Positions 1 to 7,259 of a stretch of 37,720 nt of DNA are shown piece by piece. Below the pieces are notes generated by a model, which was given only the letters and a program-made list of their open reading frames with translations, did no database searches and was not told where the DNA came from. Made by a program: the position numbers and the translations under genes. The stretch lies in IMG/VR virus record IMGVR_UViG_3300018411_000048; one strand, written 5' to 3'. This DNA comes from a virus. How positions within the stretch are numbered: the first letter of the stretch is position 1; each line of letters opens with the position of its first letter.

Positions 1-123
1 CGTATACTCAATAAGTTTCATTTTGGAACCGCAAGAGCATGTTGGTCTAAGTGACATTGGAGCTTTTCTTTTATTCATATTAAACCCTCGCTTTCTCAAC
101 CTTTCAATGGTTATATTGCGTTA
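1..123. repeat. Terminal direct repeat, identical to 37598..37720. Best read as a circular-assembly overlap; unit genome is 37,597 bp.
   Basis: The two copies match base for base. The repeat cuts through ORF 37487..37675, so it is not a natural gene boundary. Confidence 0.95.
109..123 (-). promoter_or_regulatory. Gene-junction motif TAACGCAATATAACC (minus sense), copy 1. The same copy appears again at 37706..37720 in the terminal repeat.
   Basis: Its TAA is the stop codon of 121..372. The next start codon lies 30 nt downstream in minus sense. Confidence 0.6.
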
Positions 124-372
124 TATTTTTTCTTTTCCTGTAGACTTATAACAAGACGGGCATTTATCTTCTTCGATAAGATCCACTAGATATTTCAAAA
201 TATTTTTAAAATCTTGCTTTGTTGTTGCGTTATTGGTTTCTGCGTTCGCTTCCCATCTTGCTATATATTTTAGAGCATTTCCCATATTAAAATTAAGTTT
301 CCAATCTTCTATAACATCTATAACCTCATATTTTCCATGATTATAATGTTTCGGGTGTATTACATTTTCCAT
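121..372 (-). CDS. Small phage protein, DUF3310-like
   Basis: 83 aa. The N-terminal HPKHYN..GKYEVIDVIEDW..NFNMGNALKYIARW matches my recollection of the DUF3310 signature. Tightly packed in the operon. Confidence 0.6.
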   Translation of the reverse strand: MENVIHPKHYNHGKYEVIDVIEDWKLNFNMGNALKYIARWEANAETNNATTKQDFKNILKYLVDLIEEDKCPSCYKSTGKEKI

Positions 373-690
373 TTATTTACCTCCCATTAATTTGATTTTC
401 CTGCACATAGCAACTACCTGTATAGCTTCCTGTGATAGCCTTAAAGCTGTGTTGCCTAAGCTTTCAGCCCATATATCAATGTTATCATCTTGCTTTACGC
501 AAGCCCATATTTCTTCTAGTTGCTTATTTATTATCCTTAATTCGTCCTCGCATTCCTCAACTTCTTCTTTAAGCACTGCATAGGCTTCATGTTCATTTTT
601 AAAGCTACCGTATACTGCTAATGCCTTGCTAAGCTCTAAACTTGCTAAATCGCTTAGCTTCAATCTTAAACTTTCTCTGTGTTCCTGCAT
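373..690 (-). CDS. Hypothetical protein; possibly MazG-like NTP-pyrophosphohydrolase fold (tentative)
   Basis: 105 aa. The acidic helix motif HEAYAVLKEEVEECEDEL resembles all-alpha NTP-PPase proteins. Its ATG overlaps the upstream AbrB-like frame. Confidence 0.45.
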   Translation of the reverse strand: MQEHRESLRLKLSDLASLELSKALAVYGSFKNEHEAYAVLKEEVEECEDELRIINKQLEEIWACVKQDDNIDIWAESLGNTALRLSQEAIQVVAMCRKIKLMGGK

Positions 691-700
691 TCTTTTTCCC

Positions 701-841
701 CTTTTCTATTATGATTGTTTTACCTTGCTTTCTTATGTTAACTGTGTCCCCTTCTTAGATTCCTAACTCCTTGCAAAAGGAATCTGGAAGGGAAACGGTC
801 AAATACTTGTCTATCTCGTTTACCCTTCTTTGATATTTCAC
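701..841 (-). pseudogene. AbrB/SpoVT (MazE-like) paralog interrupted by an in-frame TAA at 755..757
   Basis: GTG at 841 follows the RBS GAAGGAGG. It reads VKYQRRVNEIDKYLTVSLPDSFCKELGI*EGDTVNIRKQGKTIIIEKG. The intact paralog 1473..1643 has GTA (Val) where this copy has TAA. Confidence 0.6.
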
Positions 842-863
842 TTTTAAACCTCCTTCGTTTTCT

Positions 864-878
864 GGTTATATTGCGTTA
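864..878 (-). promoter_or_regulatory. Gene-junction motif TAACGCAATATAACC, copy 3
   Basis: Directly follows the stop codon of 879..1280. The GTG of the AbrB-like frame is 22 nt downstream. Confidence 0.6.
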
Positions 879-1280
879 TTAGTGTTTTATTTTAATGCCA
901 TTTTCATTCAATACTTCTAATAGATATTCAAGCTGCTTTGCTCCTAAACCTCGCATATTTTTTAACTCTCTAATAGTTTTCTCTGATAATTCCCCTACTG
1001 TAGTTATGTTGTGTCGGCTCAATATATTAAAAGTAGCAGTAGGTAATTCTAATGTTCTTATATGGTCCGCTAATATGCCGTTGTCAGCCTCTCCAAGTTC
1101 TTTTACCAAAGCAGGTATATCATATTTATAAATTCTTTGTTGTTGCATAAAGTAAGCCGCAGCCGATACATTAGCAAATGGCCCATCTTTATCAAGTGCT
1201 TTTTTAATAAGCCCTTCGTGTATTTCAACCACATCATCACAATAACTTAATATATCTGATATCTTTATATAACCTTTCAT
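879..1280 (-). CDS. RNA polymerase alpha-subunit C-terminal-domain (alpha-CTD, HhH)-like protein
   Basis: 133 aa. The C-terminal LELPTATFNILSRHNITTVGELSEKTIRELKNMRGLGAKQLEYLLEVLNENGI follows the alpha-CTD pattern (LeLSvR..N.L....I.tv.dL......L....n.G.KsL.Ei...L...Gl). Confidence 0.65.
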   Translation of the reverse strand: MKGYIKISDILSYCDDVVEIHEGLIKKALDKDGPFANVSAAAYFMQQQRIYKYDIPALVKELGEADNGILADHIRTLELPTATFNILSRHNITTVGELSEKTIRELKNMRGLGAKQLEYLLEVLNENGIKIKH

Positions 1281-1495
1281 CTTTTAACCCTCCTTGAAAT
1301 AAAATCAAAAACATAATTCAATCTTAGCTTGTATGCAATTTGCAAAATAGAATACTTTAGCATTCGCCTTGCCTTGTAACGCTGAAACTCTAAAGTATCT
1401 TTGCCAAAGTAGTAAGGTAGAACAAACAATTTATATTCTTTTGCAAAATCTTTATACATTTCCTCGTCTGTTTCAATCTCTCTTAATTCCTTCAT
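1277..1495 (-). CDS. Hypothetical protein
   Basis: 72-aa ORF. Its ATG overlaps the 3' end of the AbrB-like gene by 23 nt. Confidence 0.55.
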   Translation of the reverse strand: MKELREIETDEEMYKDFAKEYKLFVLPYYFGKDTLEFQRYKARRMLKYSILQIAYKLRLNYVFDFISRRVKR

Positions 1496-1643
1496 ACTTT
1501 GCCCCTTTCTTAACTATTATCTTGTTATCGTCTTTGCTAATATATACTGTATCTCCCTCTACAATCCCTAGCTCCCGACAATAAGAGTCGGGTAGGGATA
1601 TAGTAAGATATTTATCTATTACGTTTACTCGTCTTTGGTGCAT
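1473..1643 (-). CDS. AbrB/SpoVT-domain (MazE-like) small DNA-binding protein; below the ORF-track size cutoff
   Basis: Hand translation: MHQRRVNVIDKYLTISLPDSYCRELGIVEGDTVYISKDDNKIIVKKGAKYEGIKRD. RBS AAGGAGGAAG lies 4 nt upstream of the ATG at 1643. Confidence 0.7.
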   Translation of the reverse strand: MHQRRVNVIDKYLTISLPDSYCRELGIVEGDTVYISKDDNKIIVKKGAKYEGIKRD

Positions 1644-1658
1644 AACTTCCTCCTTTCC

Positions 1659-1826
1659 TTATTCTCTGCCAGATGTTTCCTTTTTATTTTTATACAATTT
1701 GCATTTTGGTGTAGACATTGGCACACCAGAAAACATTTTTCTATTCTTTAGACATTTTCCTTTTTTCTTAGTTTCGTATTTTTCAAAATAAATACATGAG
1801 CCGCATTTGTGTGCATAATTAGTCAT
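1659..1826 (-). CDS. Cys-rich small protein (zinc-ribbon-like), 55 aa; not in the ORF track
   Basis: Hand translation: MTNYAHKCGSCIYFEKYETKKKGKCLKNRKMFSGVPMSTPKCKLYKNKKETSGRE. RBS AAAGGAGGAAG precedes the ATG at 1826. Confidence 0.6.
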   Translation of the reverse strand: MTNYAHKCGSCIYFEKYETKKKGKCLKNRKMFSGVPMSTPKCKLYKNKKETSGRE

Positions 1827-1847
1827 AACTTCCTCCTTTCGCTATAT

Positions 1848-1862
1848 GGTTATATTGCGTTA
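1848..1862 (-). promoter_or_regulatory. Gene-junction motif TAACGCAATATAACC, copy 4
   Basis: Its TAA is the stop codon of 1860..2240. The next ATG is 21 nt downstream. Confidence 0.6.
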
Positions 1863-2240
1863 CTCTTCTTCTTCATATTCATCCATTTCGCTTTCCACAT
1901 AATGTTGCCCCATGTAAATACATACTCCAAAAGTTTCAAAATCCTTTTCTGTAAGAACATGTTCTCTATATCCTTTGCCATCTTGAGCATCCCAATATCC
2001 TAAAGAATAAATTTTAAAAGGTCTTGGCATTGGCATCCAAGCAACTACAGGGTTTTCCGCAAGCTCTTCTTTTTTCATTCCTTCAAGTCTGAAAAATTTT
2101 TCGTTAGCTCCGCCCCACCACATTTCAAGAACGCACCCATTTTTTAATGTTGCTATGACTACTTGATGATTATAAAGAATTCCATCTTTGCAATATTTCT
2201 CTGGCAATTTCTCAGTTACTGGTATCCAATTCATCTCCAT
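1860..2240 (-). CDS. DUF551-like phage protein
   Basis: 126 aa. The N-terminal MNWIPVTEKLPE... is the typical DUF551 opening as I recall it. Confidence 0.55.
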   Translation of the reverse strand: MEMNWIPVTEKLPEKYCKDGILYNHQVVIATLKNGCVLEMWWGGANEKFFRLEGMKKEELAENPVVAWMPMPRPFKIYSLGYWDAQDGKGYREHVLTEKDFETFGVCIYMGQHYVESEMDEYEEEE

Positions 2241-2272
2241 TACTCTCCCTCTACCTTCTCAACTAGTGAACT

Positions 2273-2306
2273 ACCCACCACTTACGCTTCACTTAGAAGT
2301 GGGGGG
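2273..2306 (-). other. GC-rich hairpin in the SSB/DUF551 intergenic region, with no U-tract
   Basis: Minus sense: CCCCCCCACUU-13 nt-AAGUGGUGGG, 9 of 10 positions paired. It stands out in an AT-rich genome. Confidence 0.4.
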
Positions 2307-2323
2307 GCTTCTTGGCAAACTTA

Positions 2324-2665
2324 TTAAAATGGCACATCATCATCTTCTAACTCTCTGAACCCTAAATCTGTTTCATCTTTTGTTTTCTGCTCTTTGTTAG
2401 CAAATTCAACCTCAAATATAGTAACATTAGTGTAATATTTACCGTCTTTACCTTTGTCTTGGAATATTTGACCGCTTAATATGTTAATTGTATCATTTTG
2501 ACTTACCCCCATGTTGTGGGCTTTACCTACAAGTATCGCATTCCATGTACAGTTTGTATAATTGCCCTCTTTATCCTTCTTAGAATCTCCTAACCTTATC
2601 TTGCTAAAATTGCCCTTGTCCTCAATCTCCCACACCTTGTGGAATTTGCTATCTTTTATTTGCAT
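2324..2665 (-). CDS. ssb: Single-stranded DNA-binding protein
   Basis: The acidic C-terminal tip ...LEDDDVPF matches the SSB DDD(I/L/V)PF tail. Body has OB-fold-like length. The start is taken at MQIKD, which follows RBS AAGGAGG. Confidence 0.75.
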   Translation of the reverse strand: MQIKDSKFHKVWEIEDKGNFSKIRLGDSKKDKEGNYTNCTWNAILVGKAHNMGVSQNDTINILSGQIFQDKGKDGKYYTNVTIFEVEFANKEQKTKDETDLGFRELEDDDVPF

Positions 2666-2678
2666 TTGTTCTTCCTCC

Positions 2679-3014
2679 TTATTTTTTGTACTTTTCAATA
2701 AATTCTAAAATAGCTTTGTTTACTATGTCCTGTGCTTTGTATTCTCTGTATTCCTCAGTAAAATCATTTAAAGCTTCTCTAACATTTTCGTATAATCGGT
2801 AACTTCTAGACTGGGTATCTCCAATAAAATCTCTACAATCAATTTTAAGTCGCTTCGAATCTGAATCAACTTTTGCGGAAAGCTTTGCTGTGCCTTCTTC
2901 CAGCTCCTGCAATAGCTTCTTATACCAATAATTTTTAGTATACTGATACCTTTTATCTTTGTTTGCCTTGTTCCACTTACTCAAATATTCTTTACGCTCT
3001 TCGTATGTTTGCAT
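2679..3014 (-). CDS. Hypothetical protein
   Basis: 111-aa ORF in the operon, abutting the neighbouring genes. Confidence 0.6.
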   Translation of the reverse strand: MQTYEERKEYLSKWNKANKDKRYQYTKNYWYKKLLQELEEGTAKLSAKVDSDSKRLKIDCRDFIGDTQSRSYRLYENVREALNDFTEEYREYKAQDIVNKAILEFIEKYKK

Positions 3015-3379
3015 TATTCTTCAACCTCCATCACTCTTATTATTATTTGTTCGCCCTCATCGTGAAATCTTTGAATCAAGCCCTGGACGTACTTCCTGCT
3101 GTCCTCGTGTATCAAATACCCTTTCATTCCGTCAACTATGAGCTTTGACAAATAACCATGATTATCTATGTCTAACCTACTATCGTAACTTATATCGATT
3201 ATCACAGGCACATCAAATATTCTCTTAGGCAGTTGCTCTACCAAACATTGATGTACTAAGTTGTGCCATTTATCTGCTTTCTTTTTTCTAATTGCCCAGT
3301 GTCCTCCTGCGTAAAGCTTATTAAGCCCTTCATTTCCAGTTACCTTATACGGGATTCTAAATTCTGCTATCTGCTCCAC
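3014..3379 (-). CDS. RusA-like Holliday-junction resolvase (tentative)
   Basis: 121 aa. The DIDNHGYLSKLIVDGM segment resembles the RusA D.DN..K...D motif. It sits in a recombination/replication context. Confidence 0.5.
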   Translation of the reverse strand: MEQIAEFRIPYKVTGNEGLNKLYAGGHWAIRKKKADKWHNLVHQCLVEQLPKRIFDVPVIIDISYDSRLDIDNHGYLSKLIVDGMKGYLIHEDSRKYVQGLIQRFHDEGEQIIIRVMEVEE

Positions 3380-3803
3380 CTCCTACATATTGCCCATAAC
3401 TGAGGCCTTTTCTTCTTGCCTCGGCTTCAACTTCCCAAAGTTTTTTAGGTTCGCTTTTCTTTTTGACCTCCCTTTCAAGTTTCGGGTTCAAAACCCTGTG
3501 ATATCTTGATTGCACTGTAAACTTACCTATGTTCATTATCTCAGCTATATCAGCCCAGCTATGTCCAGATTGTTTAAGAGATAGCAATATATTGTCTTTT
3601 TCCTCATTCCATTGACATATTATGTTGCCTCGCTTTTCAATTTTCCCCTCTGCTTTTAATTTCGCAGAAAATTTCTGGATAGTCCACTGACTTAAACCTA
3701 TTTTCCTACTTATCATTTCCAAAGACAGACCCTCATTGTATAGCCTTATAAAATCCTGCTCTTGTCGCTCAGTAATTTCAGTAGGCTTTTTCCCTCTAAT
3801 CAA
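3357..3803 (-). CDS. DNA-binding protein: N-terminal HTH plus a Myb/SANT-like domain
   Basis: 148 aa. HTH segment: LSLEMISRKIGLSQWTIQKF. Myb-like repeat: WNEEKDNILLSLKQSGHSWADIAEIMN.GKFTVQSRYHRVL. Confidence 0.55.
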   Translation of the reverse strand: MIRGKKPTEITERQEQDFIRLYNEGLSLEMISRKIGLSQWTIQKFSAKLKAEGKIEKRGNIICQWNEEKDNILLSLKQSGHSWADIAEIMNIGKFTVQSRYHRVLNPKLEREVKKKSEPKKLWEVEAEARRKGLSYGQYVGGGADSRI

Positions 3804-3806
3804 AAT

Positions 3807-4085
3807 CTACACCTCCAGCTCCAACTTAATCTGATTTTTCAAAACCTCATCTTCTGATAAATCAAAACCTTTAATTACTTCGTTATCTGCGGGGACATAT
3901 CCTTTCTTTTCTATTTCGATTCTAATTAACTCTAAGTTAATCATGAATCTTTTGAGTTTAAGACCCGCCTCTGCAAAACTTAACTCGCTCGCTTTTCTAG
4001 TTCCTTCCTTCACCTCTTCCAGCCACCCTTTCGCCCTCCTATAGTTAGAAAGTTCTTCGTTGTACTGCCTTTTTAATTCTAGCAC
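3807..4085 (-). CDS. Hypothetical coiled-coil protein
   Basis: 92-aa ORF. Confidence 0.5.
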   Translation of the reverse strand: MLELKRQYNEELSNYRRAKGWLEEVKEGTRKASELSFAEAGLKLKRFMINLELIRIEIEKKGYVPADNEVIKGFDLSEDEVLKNQIKLELEV

Positions 4086-4206
4086 GTCTTAAAGCCTCCT
4101 TTTCCACCCTGCAAGCCACGATTAAGCTTAACAGGGATATTCCTATAGCAAAAGATAAAACAACCTTTAAAACGTAAAATGCGTTGTCAAAACTGTATAG
4201 CTCCAT
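4048..4206 (-). CDS. Possible small single-pass membrane protein, 52 aa; not in the ORF track
   Basis: Hand translation: MELYSFDNAFYVLKVVLSFAIGISLLSLIVACRVEKEALRRARIKKAVQRRTF. Its ATG overlaps the upstream stop (TAATG). It overlaps 3807..4085 by 38 nt. Confidence 0.35.
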
Positions 4207-4430
4207 TATATCACCGCCTTAATCTGATAATACCCGCCTAATCTTCTCTTGATGTAAATTACCTCCCAAGGGCAAATGATGTCTATCTTGCTATCATAAC
4301 AAGTGAGCTTGTCCTCGCCTGGTAGCTTGTCAACTACCAAAATGTTATACTTTTCTGTTTCGTGGTCCATAGCTTCTGCGATGTCCTCTAGCGTGCTGTT
4401 AAAATAGTAATAATTATACTTCTTTTCCAT
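4206..4430 (-). CDS. Hypothetical acidic protein; first gene after the array-A promoter region
   Basis: 74 aa. RBS CAGGGAGGTAATGTAA-ATG is nearly identical to the leader of 11217..11411. Confidence 0.6.
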   Translation of the reverse strand: MEKKYNYYYFNSTLEDIAEAMDHETEKYNILVVDKLPGEDKLTCYDSKIDIICPWEVIYIKRRLGGYYQIKAVI

Positions 4431-4487
4431 TTACATTACCTCCCTGTTTTGTTGTTAAGTCTATTGTATATCAAAGATTATATTAAA

Positions 4488-4509
4488 TAGTTACAAAATA
4501 GTTACAAAA
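4488..4509 (-). promoter_or_regulatory. Tandem TTTTGTAACTA x2 operator/promoter element
   Basis: The 26-mer aaatagttacaaaatagttacaaaat is shared exactly with 11473..11498. A TATAAT box follows in minus sense. Confidence 0.55.
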
Positions 4510-4594
4510 TTATAATAAAAAAAGCTTAAATTGTATCAAATATTAAACAATTGTAATGGTTTTGTAATAAAAGTACCTATTTTACCCTTAAAAC

Positions 4595-4907
4595 GTCATC
4601 CCAAAAGCAAGTGTCATCCCTATAGGGTTGACAGCCACAAGCTACTTATACCAATGATTAGAGCAGGTTTTTCAGTAGTGTCATCCCTAATCTGTGAAGG
4701 GGGTGTCTAAAATAACTATTTATTTTTTCTTTTTTGAGGAAAATTTAAAAACCTCTGGGTACCCTTAAAAGTGGGATGACAGGGATGACAGGGATGACAG
4801 TAGTATAATTATATATAAAGAATATAGTAATATTAATACTTACATAGATTTATTGTTAACAAAAAAACGTCATCCCTTAACATCAACTAGGGATGACAGG
4901 GATGACA
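4595..4907. repeat. Iteron array A (GGGATGAC/GTCATCCC cores) with an AT-rich centre; candidate replication origin
   Basis: Cores at 4595, 4613, 4625 (degenerate), 4680, 4773/4782/4791 (triple tandem), 4869 and 4890/4899. The array lies directly 3' of the initiator-type gene 4915..6789. Confidence 0.7.
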
Positions 4908-4914
4908 CTTTTAG

Positions 4915-6789
4915 TTAAAATGGACATTCTTCTAAAGGAACTTCTCTGAATTTTTCTTCACATATTGATTCTAAATTTATCTTGTAACAGGTCGCCCTTG
5001 CTCCGTTAATCCTTACGCCAGAATGAACGTTCTTTCCTCCGCTGCTAGGTATCAGATAGCCTTTATCTTTCCACTTATTAATTACTGCCTCTAAAGAGAA
5101 GCCACTACTGCTCAGAGCTTCCTTGATAGAAGTATTGATTATATATATTATATTTTCATCTGATTTATCTATTTTCCCGTATACTTGCTTTATCGGCTGC
5201 ATATCAGCACTCTCACCGCTAAAATATTGCCTGTTAATAGCTATCCAATCAACTAAGTAGCTGAAAGCCCTCTCACTAACATCGACGTCTGTATCATCCT
5301 TTAAATAACTAGATACATCAGATATTTTCAAAGGCTCGTCATTAAATATGTGTCTTGAAGCTATCCTATCTGCTAATAATATAAGTCCTAAACTCATAGC
5401 CTGCTTCTCTGTTGTTTTGCTATTCTTTATTAATTCGTTAAATATGCAAATATATTCTTCTTGTATAGTAGTTAGATCTATAGATTCCAGAAACTTTCTC
5501 CCAGCTAAACCATAATTCTCTTTTACAAAATTAACGACATCATTACCATTTTCTATAAGCTTATGACTACATTCTATCTCTATTACCCTGTTCTTGGTCC
5601 CGCCACCACTGTTATTAGTAGTGCAAGGCTCTTCTCCTGTAAATAGGAAATTACAGTGCCAACGTTTCAACTCTCTATTGACGTGTCCATCCATTCTGCC
5701 CCTGTCTACTCCTTCAGTGATGGCCATAATTAAGTTGTCATAGTTGGACCATCTACTTTTTATTATCTGAAGCTCATCACCTGCGAAGGGTAGATTGTGC
5801 AAGAAGCTTGCAGTAGTCATCATAGAGTTTTGAGTCATGTTCATCGTTCTGACTAGTTTCCCCATGCTAGGATTTCCCCATACGCTCATAGAAGCCATAA
5901 GAGCAACCGTTTTTCCTGCCCCTGTGCCTCCCCATAAGTGAAAAACAAAAGGTAAGGAATTAGTTAGCTCTATAAGAGGACTTGAAAAACTTGCAGCTAA
6001 TTGCATCCTAAAAAGCTTATTTTTCCTTAAATTATTAAAATAATCTACCCAATTTTCCAAAGTTCCACTCGTATCTATCGCTTCAAATAAATGTTTGTTT
6101 TCCTTTTCACCGTCAAACACAAAAGTATCAGTAAAAGGAATAAATTCGCCCTTGTGCCAACCCACTCTACTAATAGAGTTTTCTGGCTCTATCTTGTATA
6201 TATTACAGGCTAAAAATTCACTTAAAAATATAACCAATTCCCTTGCGTTTTCACTAGTTACCATTATGCCGCTGTTTCTTAATTTTGTTATGCTTCTACT
6301 ATTAGATACCGTTTCTGCTTCTACTACTAGACTCTTAGGTCTAAATCTATCTATAAAAGTTATCTTGTTCTTTTCTTCTCCACTGTCTATGTTAATATAT
6401 CTCGATTCTATAAACACAACCTGGGGGCATATCTGCTCGAATGTCAATGTAGCTTCATTGAATTTGCTTATTCCAAAATTAGGCTCCATCCTGTAACCTC
6501 TTGGAATTGTAAGGGCCGGTAAACCTAAGAAGTTAATTGTCTGTTCATCGTTGACACCTTCAGCATTCTTAATGTAATTACTTCTAGCCTCTTGAAATCT
6601 TTTCTTAAATTCCCTTGCGGCTCCTGCTATCTGTGCCTTTATTTCTAAATCTTTCAAATGCCTAAAGGCTTCCATTTCTCCATTTTTCCAAATTTCTCTG
6701 TATAAAGCATCAGATGAAAAATGTATCTTGTTTTCTGGAATCTTTAAAGACTTGTCATCTAAATCAAGTATTTTTTCTAAAAGTCCCAA
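4915..6789 (-). CDS. Replication initiator-type P-loop primase/helicase (DUF927 or phage/plasmid primase C-terminal-like)
   Basis: 624 aa. Walker A is HLWGGTGAGKTVAL. It follows a CHC2 zinc-finger gene and precedes the iteron array. Confidence 0.65.
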   Translation of the reverse strand: MGLLEKILDLDDKSLKIPENKIHFSSDALYREIWKNGEMEAFRHLKDLEIKAQIAGAAREFKKRFQEARSNYIKNAEGVNDEQTINFLGLPALTIPRGYRMEPNFGISKFNEATLTFEQICPQVVFIESRYINIDSGEEKNKITFIDRFRPKSLVVEAETVSNSRSITKLRNSGIMVTSENARELVIFLSEFLACNIYKIEPENSISRVGWHKGEFIPFTDTFVFDGEKENKHLFEAIDTSGTLENWVDYFNNLRKNKLFRMQLAASFSSPLIELTNSLPFVFHLWGGTGAGKTVALMASMSVWGNPSMGKLVRTMNMTQNSMMTTASFLHNLPFAGDELQIIKSRWSNYDNLIMAITEGVDRGRMDGHVNRELKRWHCNFLFTGEEPCTTNNSGGGTKNRVIEIECSHKLIENGNDVVNFVKENYGLAGRKFLESIDLTTIQEEYICIFNELIKNSKTTEKQAMSLGLILLADRIASRHIFNDEPLKISDVSSYLKDDTDVDVSERAFSYLVDWIAINRQYFSGESADMQPIKQVYGKIDKSDENIIYIINTSIKEALSSSGFSLEAVINKWKDKGYLIPSSGGKNVHSGVRINGARATCYKINLESICEEKFREVPLEECPF

Positions 6790-7250
6790 TTTTCTTCGCT
6801 CCTCCCTAGTAATTCAACATAACCGTCCTTCTTTGCTTCCAATTCCTTTATGTCTAGCTCTAAAGCTTTAATATCTACCATATCACTTTTTTTGAAATTA
6901 TGCAGTATATTAATCTCTCTATCTAAATCTTTAATTAATCTTTTATAATTAATCTTTTTAACTGATTTATTGCTATATTCATATTGTATATTTCCTATAT
7001 CGCATAGCTTTTTTATAACTTCAACAAATTCTAAATTTTCATACATCATTACAAAATCTATTACATTTATACTTTTTCCCATGCAGGACCAACATCTTAT
7101 CAAATCATCTTTTATAGTCATGCTAGGGTTCCTGTCATTGTGAAAAGGACATTTGTATTTAAACCTACTTCCTTCTATACCGTAATAGTTCATTAAATCA
7201 GTAGGAGCAACCTTGCTAATAATCTCTTGTTTTAATGCTACAAAATCCAT
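6777..7250 (-). CDS. CHC2 (DnaG-type) zinc-finger protein
   Basis: 157 aa. Contains CPFHNDRNPSM...CWSC, the CHC2 primase zinc-finger signature. Confidence 0.7.
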   Translation of the reverse strand: MDFVALKQEIISKVAPTDLMNYYGIEGSRFKYKCPFHNDRNPSMTIKDDLIRCWSCMGKSINVIDFVMMYENLEFVEVIKKLCDIGNIQYEYSNKSVKKINYKRLIKDLDREINILHNFKKSDMVDIKALELDIKELEAKKDGYVELLGRSEENWDF

Positions 7251-7259
7251 AAATACCCC

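Noticed and set aside
4773-4799. Tandem 9-bp repeats considered as a possible CRISPR or minisatellite.
   Set aside because: The units are contiguous with no spacers, occur in both orientations, and are only 8-9 bp long. That is iteron architecture, not CRISPR.
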